DNA from: Tubulanus polymorphus
Taxonomy: Eukaryota > Animalia > Nemertea
Direction: 5' to 3'
Assembly (NCBI RefSeq): GCF_964204645.1
Contig: NC_134035.1
Coordinates: 10,944,451 to 11,008,450 of the forward strand
DNA length: 64,000 bases
Shown here piece by piece: positions 51,301-63,788 of the stretch (the stretch's first letter is position 1; each line of letters opens with the position of its first letter). The position numbers and the translations under genes were made by a program. The notes under the pieces were generated by a model. It did no database searches. It was not told where the DNA came from and worked only from the letters and a program-made list of their open reading frames with translations.

Positions 51301-53728
51301 GAATATGTAAAGTATTGATTTATTTTGTGTATTACCTTTTTACAAACTAGTCTGATGGGTAACATGGGTTTACAAAAATCACTGTCTATTTGAAGGAGCG
51401 GAATAAACTGAAGAAATATTTTTGATGTTGATAATTGAAAATTGAAGTTAGATAATTAGGGCTCTGAGTCTGAGAAGGAACTATTCATATTTGATTAATT
51501 TGTAAACAGAGGAGTCATGTCCTTTAAGTTCCTTCTTGGAGTCTCATAAAATTTACGCTCCATTAATTCATGGTATTGATCGCGTTCAGCGTCTGGGTTC
51601 GACTCGTAAGTCGGTTGAAATACTACTAAACTTAGATATGAAATCAACAGGATAGTTCAGATAATCTTCATCCTTAGTTAAACATAGTTGTGCATGATTT
51701 ATAATAATGACATTTATGTTCATTGGTCTTCATTCGATTAATCTTAGAAATAGTGATTCATTTTATATTTCCTTAGAGTGAAAATAATTTAATGATTTGC
51801 ATAGCCTAAATGTTGAAAAGGGAGAGCGTAGTCAGTTAAACAGTTGCAACTTTTAAACGCAATAAAGGAAGTTGGTACGTTATTAGTTTAGACTCCTAAA
51901 CTCGCCCAGCAAGTTAATGGGTTTTGAATAAAGATGTTTTGAAAATGATTCCTTGGCCAAAAAGTGAAGGGCCGGGCCTTCAGTACAAACTGGCTACGCC
52001 CCTCGAATATCATCAGGTATAGTTAAGGAAACCATATAATATTAGGCAGTGTTCTGTGTACAAATAATAAGTTAATATACCAAAGTGTCGATGTAATTTT
52101 GATGCCATAATTTTAAGGCCCATTAAAGCGATTTGACTAATGAGTAGAATATCTCGATTTTCACAGGAGTTTTAGTATTGTACTTCCATGTACCGTATTT
52201 CCGGCCAATAGGTAGGTGATCCTAGCTAGTTATATGAAATTTATATCATAGTACATTGTATCCACAGAGGTATGAGAGGTAATACTAGGAATAATGTAAT
52301 ATAAAGGAATAAATAATAATGGCCAGCAATGATTTTGATTGTTCTAATTTTGTTTATAGCTGTTTTAACTTCTTTCATCGTCATTCATATCATAGGGTTG
52401 AGTTGCTTTCAATGATCACTTAACTTCAAATCGGGATGTTTAATTAGGAAGCGATTATTTAGGTGCAGCAGTGAATTTGTAGCACTTTTTTAAGTGAGGC
52501 CATAATTTCACCGCTAAAAAATTCCTGATGATGTAAATAGTAATAAATAGTACAAAATACAGAGAACATAATTTTTAAAAATAGATAAAAACTACAAAAT
52601 AAATGATATAAAAAAAACAAATGAAATTATAAAGTAATGAAAAAATAAACAAAACCAACAAACAATTAGTAAATATAGGCCTTCATCATCAGGAATTTTT
52701 TCTAATCAACTCAATCTAATTATTAAAGGTTCTTCTTTCATAGAACAACCTTCTCCGTGTTTGCCAACCTCTTGAGATCTTTTCTGTTGTTGTTTTGAGC
52801 GTTCTATCGACTCAGTAATAAACAAAACAAATAACCATAAACCTTAACTAAACCAAACACACTAAAAAATATCTGTTTCGATAGAATGCTTCAAATAACT
52901 GATGAAAGATCACGCGTCCTTTACCTATGTATCACACCCTGTCACTGCTGTAACTGTTAATTGTTTTAGGGATAATATCTGGGAGATACATTTTACTCTT
53001 TTTTAGAAAGAATGTTAAACAGCTATAAACGTGATTAGTTATCGATCGTAAAATTATTGTCATGTTTTCCCTGAAATAGCGTTGTATTAAATGAGCGAAC
53101 TGATAGTGTTTGAAAATCTTTATTTAAGACAAGGTGCAGCGAAAATTCTAGTCTAGTAAAAATGATGTTAACGAAAATGAAATTTAGAACGTTAAGTTAA
53201 TTGTAAGCTTTCCAGGGTGACTTTGTAGGATTTGTCTCTAGTTTGAAAGCTTATGTTACACTGTTTTTAAAATACAGTTCATTTGTTAACAAGGAACTTA
53301 CATAATAATTCCTCGAGTACATATCTGTCATTTAGCAAGGTGTGATTATTGTCATGAGAATAAAACGACACATACGTGTTCATTATTCATGGTAAAACTT
53401 ATCAATTGTTTAGTTAAGTTTATAGCAACTACCAAACTGAGGAAACTGAGGTCCTATCAAATAAAGTGGAGCAGTACTTTTTATAAATGAGGATTTATGA
53501 ACAGTGTTGATAAGTAAATTGTCCTGTTTTGATTGTCGGTTTTACAATGTCTATATAAAGTTTATTTATTTTTCTTAACTCCTACATACAATGTTGGACA
53601 GGTTTTACGTGCACTATATGGTTATGGAGGATCCAGTGCGAGTCAGCTGGCTGTGCTTAGAATTAAGGCACTAGACCATGTGCATGGTGCATATATGGGC
53701 CTGATTCAAATCTGCGCAAGAAGCATTT

Positions 53729-53975
53729 CAGGGTCCGATCTGAGGAATGAAAGCCACTTGCCCGGGAGCAAGCATATCTGAAATTTCGCTTGCCCCTTCC
53801 AAAAATACTTGCCCTTCACAGGCAGTCCAATTGGTGTTCGTTGTATTGAGTGGGAAAAAAGCTATGTGACATAAAATTACACTAGCCCGGGGGACAAGTG
53901 ATAATGATAACCTACTTGCCCTGATGAGAATATACTTGTCCCGGGCAATCGAACAAGTGCTTAGATCGGACCCTG
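53729..53975. mobile_element. Non-autonomous DNA transposon (MITE, hAT-like ends), 247 bp
   Basis: TIRs CAGGGTCCGATCT...AGATCGGACCCTG, flanked by the direct repeat CATTT (5-bp TSD, or 7-bp GCATTTC if the ends are shifted by one). Internal CTTGCCC motif repeats. Confidence 0.85.
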
Positions 53976-55073
53976 CATTTCAAATATCGAAAAAGTCATG
54001 ATTGTAGATATCTCAGCAATCAGTTGTTTGTAATTTACTTAGCTATATTCAATTGGATAGTTGAACAATATCTATATGATGATGCTCCATGTATCTTAAT
54101 TAAAAAACCTTCAAAATTCTTTGCATTAAACGTAACAATGTGTGGAAATTAACGTTGATAATGTTTGAAAATCTTGGGCAAAGTTGGAAAAACTGGAAAT
54201 AGTTGGAATAATTATCTTGTTAAATAATGTTAATGAAAATGAAAATAAAGATTGATTAGCTTAATCTCATCTATCCAGAGTGAATCTGTAGGTTTTATCT
54301 CTGAGTTCACCCATTTGTAGAAATTACATGATACAAAATTTCAGTTTTCCTGTAAAAACAATGTTAATGAAATGAAATTAGAGATTGATTATTTGAGAGA
54401 GTGAAATTGTTTTATGTCCAGTTTAATGTTTACATTTTGGAGATATGTTATGCAGTTTTATGTATGAACAGAATATCCTAAATCTCTCTTAGGCCTACAT
54501 TGTAATTAGAATAGTTGATATGATTGAATGCTTCATATTTCATGAAATGGCCAAGTGTCACTTATGCCCGGCGAGTGACTACATGAATTGTCAAACTAAT
54601 AGTCTTAGACATTCAGACTAGTCCCAATTGTCGGTGTTTAATGGATCGAAGTTAACAATTCTTTGTTCAATTTTGTTATTTTCCTATTGATTCAAATTGT
54701 ATCAGTTGCAGTGATAATGTTTTTGCTAAATAAAACTTTGAAATACCTTCCATGATGTAGCATATGTGATATTAAAAGCTAGTAATTTTATATTTTGGAT
54801 AATCTAAGTCATTATAAGGCTAAAAATGATATCTTGTTTTTCCTGATCGGCCGGGTCATTTCATAGATCAATGAAATTTGTAATCAGTTCATTTCCATCT
54901 GCCGGGTCTGTTATGGTAAGCTTGATCATGAAAAAGTAATGTAAGGCCTTATGTAGAAAGGCGGCCGGCTGGGTCAACTTTAAAGAGTAAAAATGTAAAT
55001 CAGATTGATAACTTTAAATCTTACGCTTTCCAGAGTATTTGGCCGGGTTTATCTCTGGTTTTAGTGCGGGGAG

Positions 55074-55228
55074 CCATGGACCCTCACAGTTTAGAGTCCA
55101 TGGTTGTGGGCCATAGACATTTCTGTTTTAGATGGTCTATGGTTGGACCTACGAGCAGTTATCTATTAGATAATTGCTCGTTGGACCATGGACGTATAAG
55201 CTCTAGTTTATTGTTTATACGTCCATGA
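55074..55228. repeat. Cluster of four back-to-back 30-45-bp palindromes
   Basis: ccatggac..gtccatgg, ccatagac..gtctatgg, cctacgagcagttatcta/tagataattgctcgttgg and ccatggacgtataa..ttatacgtccatg, separated by ttgga-like spacers. Confidence 0.75.
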
Positions 55229-58222
55229 TTGGATTGTTTTTTAAATCAGTCCACGTGTTTGAGGAACTTAAGTTATAATTCCTCAAGCACAAACCTGGCA
55301 TTTTGTATAATTGTTGTATGAGAGTAAATATAATTGGAGTCTCTTTTTGTTAAGTTAATTAGCTTCTCTGAACTTTATTAGTTCACCAGTCAGTGGTTTT
55401 TTGTTATCTTGCAATCCACCTCTTTTTTCAACCCTATATTCCCACCAACATGGTGCGGAGACGAGTATGTCCGCAAAATATGATAATCGATTATATCAGG
55501 CAACACAGTTAAACACTTTAAACCGGAAACACTGACACTTGTTGACCGGTTAGAAGCGAATGTTGCTGCCGAAGAGTAATTGCGAAATTTTTTTGATTGT
55601 CACTATAGCCATCAAGGGTGAATTTCCACTTCAATCTTCAATTCAGAATTTATTGCATCCGTTTATTTATTGCATCAAAACCGTCCAATACTGATTAAAA
55701 CCGTCTAATACCGACCAAAAGTGAAATAGTACCGACCAAAATTCTAACAACCATTAAAAGTAAATCATGATACCGACCAAAAGTAACCAACCAAGTAAAA
55801 TGAGAAGAAAATCGACCGACCAATGATGACTAGACTCGCGGTTTTTAGCCTTGTAATTATTTGAAATCTTTCACTATTGAAAACTGTCTGGTAAGTTGAC
55901 TATAATTGGTGGAGGGATCACTCGCTGGGTGAAGTAGAGACTACTAAATTTTAATAATTTTTGTTTGAATAACATAGGCGAACTTTATCTTGTCAAATCA
56001 AATTCTATTTTCCTAATCATAATTTGCTAGTTCACACGTAGTCCAAATAAGATAAAGCACAGATGAATTTGACGCCTGTTGTTCCACAAACGGCTGACAA
56101 AATACTGTCCCACTTTTTAAAATATTAATTTATATATCCTATGAATGAGTTTCAGGTTTCGCTTTCAGTTTTGACATTCGTATCAGTTTTTCGAAACAAA
56201 TTTGTGAGTCTACCATCTCCAAATCGTATCAAATCGGGGATGAGCGGAAGCCGTGGTGGCCCCTTTGAATTGGCGTCCCGTAGACTGTATTAACATCTAC
56301 AGACTCCGAATCAAAGATCGTATGAAAGAAAAGTGAGAATCATGTCTACAAAAAGTGGCTTTAAAGTCTTTATTCAAGAGAATGGTTTCATTAAATAAAG
56401 CATTTGAAACGAGCCCGCCACTACAAAAATAGTGATCTGAAACCGTCTAGTGCTGCCCCTATGTATAACGATAGCGGAGAAAACGTGAACTAACATAATA
56501 CTCGCTTGCCAGACACTTTTAACGGCCGTACTGAACGAACTATTTACCGATTTGCGGGCCGGATTCCGAGAAAATTCTCAAACTCTTTCCAAACAGCTCT
56601 GAAACTCCTTAACTGGCAATTCCTCTTCAAATGAATTAGTTTTAAAAGAGTAAATTAGTATCAGGGTATTTCTAGTTAGGTTGGCGATGATATGATAGTA
56701 ATTAATTGATAAGCATGAATTGGTCAGTGATGGTCAATTCATGAATTCTCAATATCTATAGCGCCGAATCCTTTCTAGTTTGACACCATAACGCGGTATA
56801 TCGTTTTCAAATTCAAGGAGTTTGAATTGGTCAGTGGTGGTTAGTGATGGTCAGTTTATGAATTTGCAATGATTCTTCAGTAGTTTGAAAACAAACATGA
56901 CTTGAAAAATTTCCGAAATTCGAAGTCAAGTGTTCGAGACTCGGAGATATCTCAATTGGTCAGTTTCTGACCATGATGGTGTCGCCATTGTGGTCTATAG
57001 CTCAAATGAAACACGTGGAACCGACGAAGAGGCCCAAAAGTGCAATTTCCTGAGTGATGTGATCCAAAAATACCCTTACTGGAAAAGGCAGTCTCTCAAT
57101 CGGACGAAACCAAATCGGACAGGACAATTAAAATTTGGGAAGGCCACAGGTAGTGGTCTTTCTACGAAGCCCACGTGGTGTCCGTATTATTATGAAATCT
57201 TTTTTTAAACCACCATGTACCACGATGTAATAAGCATCGTTGAAGAGCACTTGAAACAGCCATTAACCACTTGAAACTGTCAGATCAAACATCATACCGC
57301 GTCCCCGCAAAGAGATTTCATTGGCCTTTCTAGACTACCCCGCCAGTACGGGTAGCCGAGCAAACCGGAAAACTCATAATGTTAGTCAGTAACCTGTCGT
57401 GGTTTAGTTTTGATCGGATTTTCACAAACACATAACTTATTTCTAAATTTATGAGCAATTTGGTTAAACCTTAATGTATCTTTTGATTCGTGTCTCTTCT
57501 CTTTGCTTTTGATATAATTTACTCAATTGTTGTCACTCACTCAACTTAATCACTTTTGTTTGAGTGAATTACCCCCCTTAGCTTGCTTCCCTTTGAAAAT
57601 AAAATGATAATTGAATTTAATTGGATAATCCTAATTTCGATATTACCGGAGCCACCCCAATGGCTGCTTCAGTCGTACTATAAACCGATGTAGTCCGATG
57701 GCGACCTTTTTGATGGAATTGTAGTTAATAACATCAGTAATTTTGATTATGGTAAAGCTACGGCATCCTTTCAAGCATCGTACAGAAACTAATTCCCTTT
57801 TCGTAACTGCACTTTCCTGTTTGTTTCTGTCGTGTCCCACCCGCATCACAAAAAAAGTTAAAAAGACAAGACAAAATCAATTCAATTCAAATTGATTCGT
57901 CTTGTTAACAAAGACAATGATTTGATAATTCGATTTAGGGTAGAATAAACACGTTGGACAAAGGAGAGAACAAGTAGTAAAAACACATTATACCGTACGT
58001 GGGATATAAGAAAGCAATTTAGGAAGTTATTTTGGCAAAAATTCAATATAGAGTATAGTCAGTATGGTAATTTTCCCTAAAAGAATATAGCTGCAAAGCA
58101 GCGATAACATAATATAACGAGAATCCCACTGAAAAGACGAGAAAATGATAAAGTCCGAAAATGCTTCCTTTAGCTGGTAGTTTATTCAACATTTCGACTA
58201 TATACTAATAGTCATCTTCTGG

Positions 58223-58342
58223 TATACTTGGCCCGGTTTAACGGATATTACCTTCAACCCGGGGGCTAACTTAATTCATTTTCAATTTAGTTAGCCCCCG
58301 GGTTAAAGGTAATACCCGTCTATCAAACCGGGCCCAGGTATA
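58223..58342. mobile_element. 120-bp near-perfect palindrome (MITE-like) just upstream of the SETDB1 ATG exon
   Basis: tatacttggcccggttt..attacctt.aacccgggggctaact / agttagcccccgggtt.aaggtaat..aaaccgggcccaggtata. Confidence 0.75.
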
Positions 58343-58401
58343 TCGCCCGATTACCGGTCAAGATATAAATACTTTGTGTTTTCTAGGATAAAGAAGTAGT
58401 T

Positions 58402-61400
58402 ATGGCCGATGTGAGCGGTAGAGAAGGCTCAGGAACGGTAGAACAGATGATTGTAGACGTGAGCGACGACGACTGCGGCGGAGATGAACAATACGAGTTC
58501 GATTTCGACGATATCGATTTCAACGAAGTCGACCTCGAGAAAATGATCGATTCCAAATTGCAGCAGTTGGATTTAGAAGAAGAGTCGAAACAGTTGATAT
58601 CTCCGATACGACATCAAATTAGTACCATTGAGAGTAAGATTAATAAAATTCTATGTTCATCCTTCCTCATCAACCCATTGGACAGTTTTAGCAGCCATTT
58701 TGTTTGACTGTTTTGACATCTACCAGTATTGGAAATATGGTTAGGTTATGAGGAAGGAGTCAATCACTCGGTTTGAGTTTTGCTTAAGTTGTCATAATGT
58801 ATATCTATGGTTTGGTGTAATATGACAAAATATGCATCATAAATAGGTTTAAGAAGAGAAAAAAATTATCCCAACTATCAAGACATCAGTACCCTAACAG
58901 ATGGCAGCTAGCAACTGTTAAATGATTTATCCAAACTTAATTAGTTTAAGCTTAAACTTAACGCATTAATTAGCAAGTTCAAAGTTTCTCCTTTACCCTA
59001 AGCTCCCTTAGCACCATTCAGGGTGTTATTTGTAGATTTAGGGTTCCTCCCTTAGGCTACCCCAAACCTAGTTGGAATACCGGAATTTTTTACGGTCCCC
59101 TTACAATGTTTGGGGAACAACGGCTAGATACTAGACTCCTCAAAACACATGGAGCGGTATTATTAGCAGGTTTAAAGTTTCTTCTTTAACCAAAACCTGC
59201 CATCAGGGCATTATGAGCAGGTTAAATTTATTTTTTCCAATTAAAGTTGGCAGGAAAAAAACCTTCGAACAACAAGCTCTTGAACCATGTATTGACGGAG
59301 AACTGGTTATCGATTGCTTTTAACACTTCCACTGCTGTAATCAATAGAATTTTGCATTTTTCATCCGCAGAAACAAGTATCAAAGCGAGCAAAATCTTTG
59401 AAGACGCTGAAAGACGTTTAGATAAGATTATCAAGTCCTTAACCGATAAAAAAGAGACCGCACCCAAGTAAGACTCAACCATCCATTAGAAATTCACAGT
59501 TAATGATAACTGGGGCTGGATCTCACTAAGTCAGACAAAGCTTAATTCTAAGTTTTGATTCTAAATAAGCCTCTACCAGGCCTCCAATCGTCCTTGATGT
59601 TGATGATGAATTGTTTTTTTATTTGTTTCAGCATTATACATCTATCGGATAATGATAGCGATGACGACATACAATTCGTGTCATCGACTAAATCAACGTC
59701 GAAAACCGGTACATCGCATCTTCCACCGCATAAACAACCGACTACATTCATTAAACTGCCGAACAGGTGAGTACGAACTAACGATTTTTCTTAATAAACA
59801 AATCTACCCAAAAAGTGATATATCGACTAAGAACCGATTTCCGATTTCAAAATCAAACCCCCTGTTTCGCTCCCGGCAGGTGTGGTGAGTCTGTAAGGGG
59901 TACTCAATCAAAAAATCTACCAGCCAAATAAATAAAAGGAAAAATCCCTATTTTAAGATTTAAAAAAAGAACAAAAAAAAAACACCATGATAATATCTAA
60001 AAAATGAAGATGTAAAATCCCACACTTTCGGATAGATTTACAAAAAGTTTTTCAGTTTCAAAATTGTTAGATATTAAGGATATTGTTAAATACGATTCAT
60101 CTATTGTTTTGTTGAACAGCAAGGGTACGTTACAAGTAACAGCGAATCAAATGGTGATGTCTCGCGATGCAGCCGGAAAAATACACTACGTACCGTTATC
60201 GAGCATAAAAGCAGTCGACGGTCAGAACGTACGTAAAAAATTTTTGTATCCTGTCTCCAAACTTTGAAGCGATATTTACGGAGTCCAAACTAAACAGAGT
60301 GAGGCAGAGTCTGCTCTATCATGATATCAGACCACCAATTAATAGAACTCTGAATTAGAGTTCTCTCCAAATACTGTTTTTGCGATGTTATTCCAAAGTA
60401 TTCAAAAATCCCTGAATGAATATTTTTAAATTTCAATTTATTGTATTATTTTTAGGTAAACTGGCAGCAGGTAAGCGAAACTTGATTATTTCCAACGACC
60501 TAGACAAGCGGCAATTCACAATACTTACGAATCCGACAAAGGCTTGATTCAGAAATATAGGCCTATTCATTCTCAGATATTTCATTCGTTTAGGTTCTAA
60601 TGAAACAAGGTCAAAGCGGTCAACCGAGGCACTTGATCATTCAACACCGACAAAGAGTTCCATTTTATAAGACTATCAAACAGCTTCCTCTTATGTACGT
60701 ATTACCATCATTTACTGATGATGCATTCCTTGTATTATAGAGAAAATGTCGCTTTATTCAGACATGCCCAACTCTGAATTGGACAAATCTTCCGATGATA
60801 AGTTTAAAACCCACAACGTATATACAAAAGATTAAAAGCGAAATTTTTTAACTCAAGATTTAGAAATAAGGCGGGATTTGCTGTTATGTTTATTCCATTG
60901 AGTTCGCTCTAATCTTCAAGGGAAATGAAGTTGAACATGAAGGTTTTGGCGAAAAAAGGAAATGACATATGGTACAAGGGTAACGTACAAGATATGCAGG
61001 CACCGGATACAGAAAACCCTGATGTAAGCTACATTCATTTATCTGCACCTGAGACTAACTTTCAAAGTTTTCCCTGGCGGTAGATCGTCAACCCAGGTGA
61101 CAACCACCATGATAACAATATGATAACTTCGCAAATGTTCCCAGGGATTGTTTTACAGCCACAACTATGAAACTCGGCCCGGGGGCTGGTTCCATAGTCG
61201 TGGCTTAGACTTGAGATAAGTCTAAAACCAAGTTCATAAATGTACCGGTAGTTCTATAGCCAATCTAACAACTTCAGACTACTTTAAAGATTGTTAACTT
61301 TTGGACTTAAGTCTCCACCATAGAATTGGCCCCAGAGTTTGGTTAACCAATTTCCAGCTATTCTTCACTTATTGTTGTTTCACTCTCTCTCACATTTGCA

Positions 61401-63708
61401 GGGAAGATATCGCGTAAAGTTTGATGGAAAGGGATGGAAATTGGTTACCGGCAAAGAAATCGCCATTCCAACAGTCGATAACGAAACTAGACTACCACTT
61501 GGTACAAGAGTTGTCGGTACGTTGCGTTTGTTTTGAATTTATTCCAGGCAGCTGGCTTTTATAGAAAGAAAGGTCTAAATACTGGGCTTTCATTACTGGT
61601 CAAATGAATTCAGATAATTTTGTGATTACATTAGGATAGAATAAGGGCGCGCCTTGTAAATAGTAGAACTATTATCAATAGAACTATCAATAAACAGGTG
61701 ATGAGTTGAACAGAAATGTTTCAAGTTGTCCGTTGAAAGCAAGGGTCAATATCACGGAGGGGTTGGGGTAGGGAATTCTGGTATGAGTTTAAATTCACCG
61801 CTCTTATTAAACGTTCTATTTACAGCTCAGTACAGAGATGAAGATGCCACACCGGCCATTTCTCATTACGCCGGTATCGTAGCTGAAAGTCCTAGTGTTC
61901 GAAATCTAAATCGGTAAATATCCTATCTATATTAAACTTGACGACGAGTCGGTAATCATTTCAGAGGATGAATTATTCTAAGCAGTTGAACGGTATCTCT
62001 TGAGAGAAACCCATTATGTCAATTCAAACAACTGTTGTTGTTTTTTTTTCTTACGTTTTCGGACAGAATCCTTCCACCCATCTCCACAGAGTTAGAAAAT
62101 TATTTTTTTCAAATAAACTAAGAAGATTGATGGTAAGGATTCGACCTGAAATTTGAAAAAGAAACGGTGTCTGTTTAAATTCATACTGTGGGTTTCTCTC
62201 AATGATATTCATTAAGACTGGAAATAGTCTCAACTATTTACAGAGTTGAACAGTTATTGTAATTGCTGCTTTTTTGAAGGTATCTGATATTCTTCGACGA
62301 TGGATACGCTCAATACAATCATATAAAAACAGTTCATCGTGTTTACAGACAAAGTAAGTGTCAGTTTAAACTCACAATGCACTCAAGATGATCTTAATTT
62401 TAGAAGCAAAAAAAACTATTTACATTTATTGTACAATAAAGTGTCTGTTCGTTGCAGGCGAGAATGTTTGGGAGGACATACATCCAGATTCTCAGGAGTT
62501 CATTAAAAGTTACTTACTCTCCTACCCAGAGGTAAAATTTACACTCTAATTTACACCCTAATTCGTGTTACTGAATCTCCATGTTTTGAAAATCTCACAG
62601 GAGTATTTCCAAAATGTTAAAGGTTCAGGATTTAGTCTCACAGTCATTGGATTGAGTGTATATTTGTAGAAGCAAAATGGGCTCGGACTGGTCTTAATGA
62701 TAAATTTGTCAGATTTGATATGAACCAAAATGGGCTGACACCGATCTTTTAGATTGGCTATAGAACCAAAATTCCTACTCAATAAACAAAGTTGATAGCC
62801 ATAAAAGTGGTCGTGCATAGTATATAGAGAATGTCAATTGAAATTTTAGCGACCGATGGTTCGTTTGCAAGTTGGACAGTACATCAAAACAGAATGGAAT
62901 GGAGAATGGTAAGTGGAAAAATAAGAAATATCGAAATGAATGCTGTTTGCCTCGACGATATTGGTGAAAAAGTATAGGAGAGGCTGTTTATAATTCAGGA
63001 GAGGAACCACAATTAAACAATTACGCAGCTAAACGAAGGCACGGTGGCCTGGAAGTAATCAGGAAAAAGTCGTGGAATTTTCTTGTCTTTTAAGTCAGGG
63101 AAATTTGTTGAGACTTGTTATTGAATTTGTTACTCGCAAAATCAGTTTCCGTCTATGGCTTGATATTGTGTTAATCGATCAGATTCTTTGCAGACCGAGT
63201 GAGGGAAAATCAAGTCAAATAAGAGTGGCCACCCTGTAAGGGAGTAGTGACTTTTGGACTCAATTCAATGAACCATTTTTCAAAACTGAAAATAGCCCAT
63301 AGAATTGGGTGGAAACATCACCACTGGCTCCCATTTTTTTTACATAATAAATCATGAGTATTTTCTTCAATTGAATTACAAACAGTCACTTGTCTATGGA
63401 AACGGACGAGGCTAGGTCTGTATGACATGCTTTTAATTTTAAATTCAGGTGGAAAGCACGTGTTCAAGAATTGGACGCGAGTCTCGTGAAAATGTTCTTC
63501 GACGCCGATCAGAGAATCGAGTGGATCTACCGCGGTTCGACGCGACTCGAGCCGCTCTACACCGAACTCGCGAACGCCGAGGCGAACAAGGTGTCGGGCG
63601 GTAAAGGTCGCATTCGCCACAATCTCGGTATGCGTAAGAAGAATAAACCGTACGTCGAATACACTCGCGGAACGGAAAGCGATGACGAACTACAAATCAT
63701 CGATAAAG
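58402..63708 (+). CDS. SETDB1: Histone H3K9 methyltransferase SETDB1/eggless, N-terminal part with Tudor domains (continues past window end)
   Basis: Exons 58402-58633, 59371-59467, 59632-59766, 60120-60228, 60456-60470, 60594-60694 (or to 60698 plus 60762-60817), 60921-61023, 61402-61516, 61826-61913, 62280-62353, 62458-62531, 62850-62908 and 63449-63708. The translation has SETDB1 triple-Tudor motifs [40 protein letters not shown]...[36 protein letters not shown] and [14 protein letters not shown]. Confidence 0.93.
61182..61333. mobile_element. MITE with GGGGC...GCCCC termini in a SETDB1 intron
   Basis: Imperfect TIRs ggggctggttccatagtcgtgg...agactt / aagtctccaccatagaattggcccc. Confidence 0.55.
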
Positions 63709-63788
63709 GTATGAATCGTATCAATCATCTCTGAAACTCAAAAGTTGCTGACTGCTAACAATTTCTAATAGCCATGATTTGGCCCGGG

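Larger units (their letters stand above)
36620..51410 (+). ncRNA. Putative multi-exon long non-coding RNA spanning the duplication and both arrays
   Basis: Splice signals are consistently on the + strand (tttcag| at 37830, 37997, 43467, 43634 and 50898, plus all repeat units). There is no credible long ORF, and AATAAA lies at about 51402. No transcript evidence is available. Confidence 0.35.

Noticed and set aside
51570-51610. tRNA or tRNA-SINE (GGTTCGACTC B-box-like motif)
   Set aside because: No cloverleaf or convincing A-box at the right spacing.
52515-52900. A-rich, strand-skewed segment as a mitochondrial insertion; also a 17-bp inverted repeat aaaaattcctgatgatg
   Set aside because: No recognisable mitochondrial protein or RNA motif, and the inverted repeat lacks a clear TSD.
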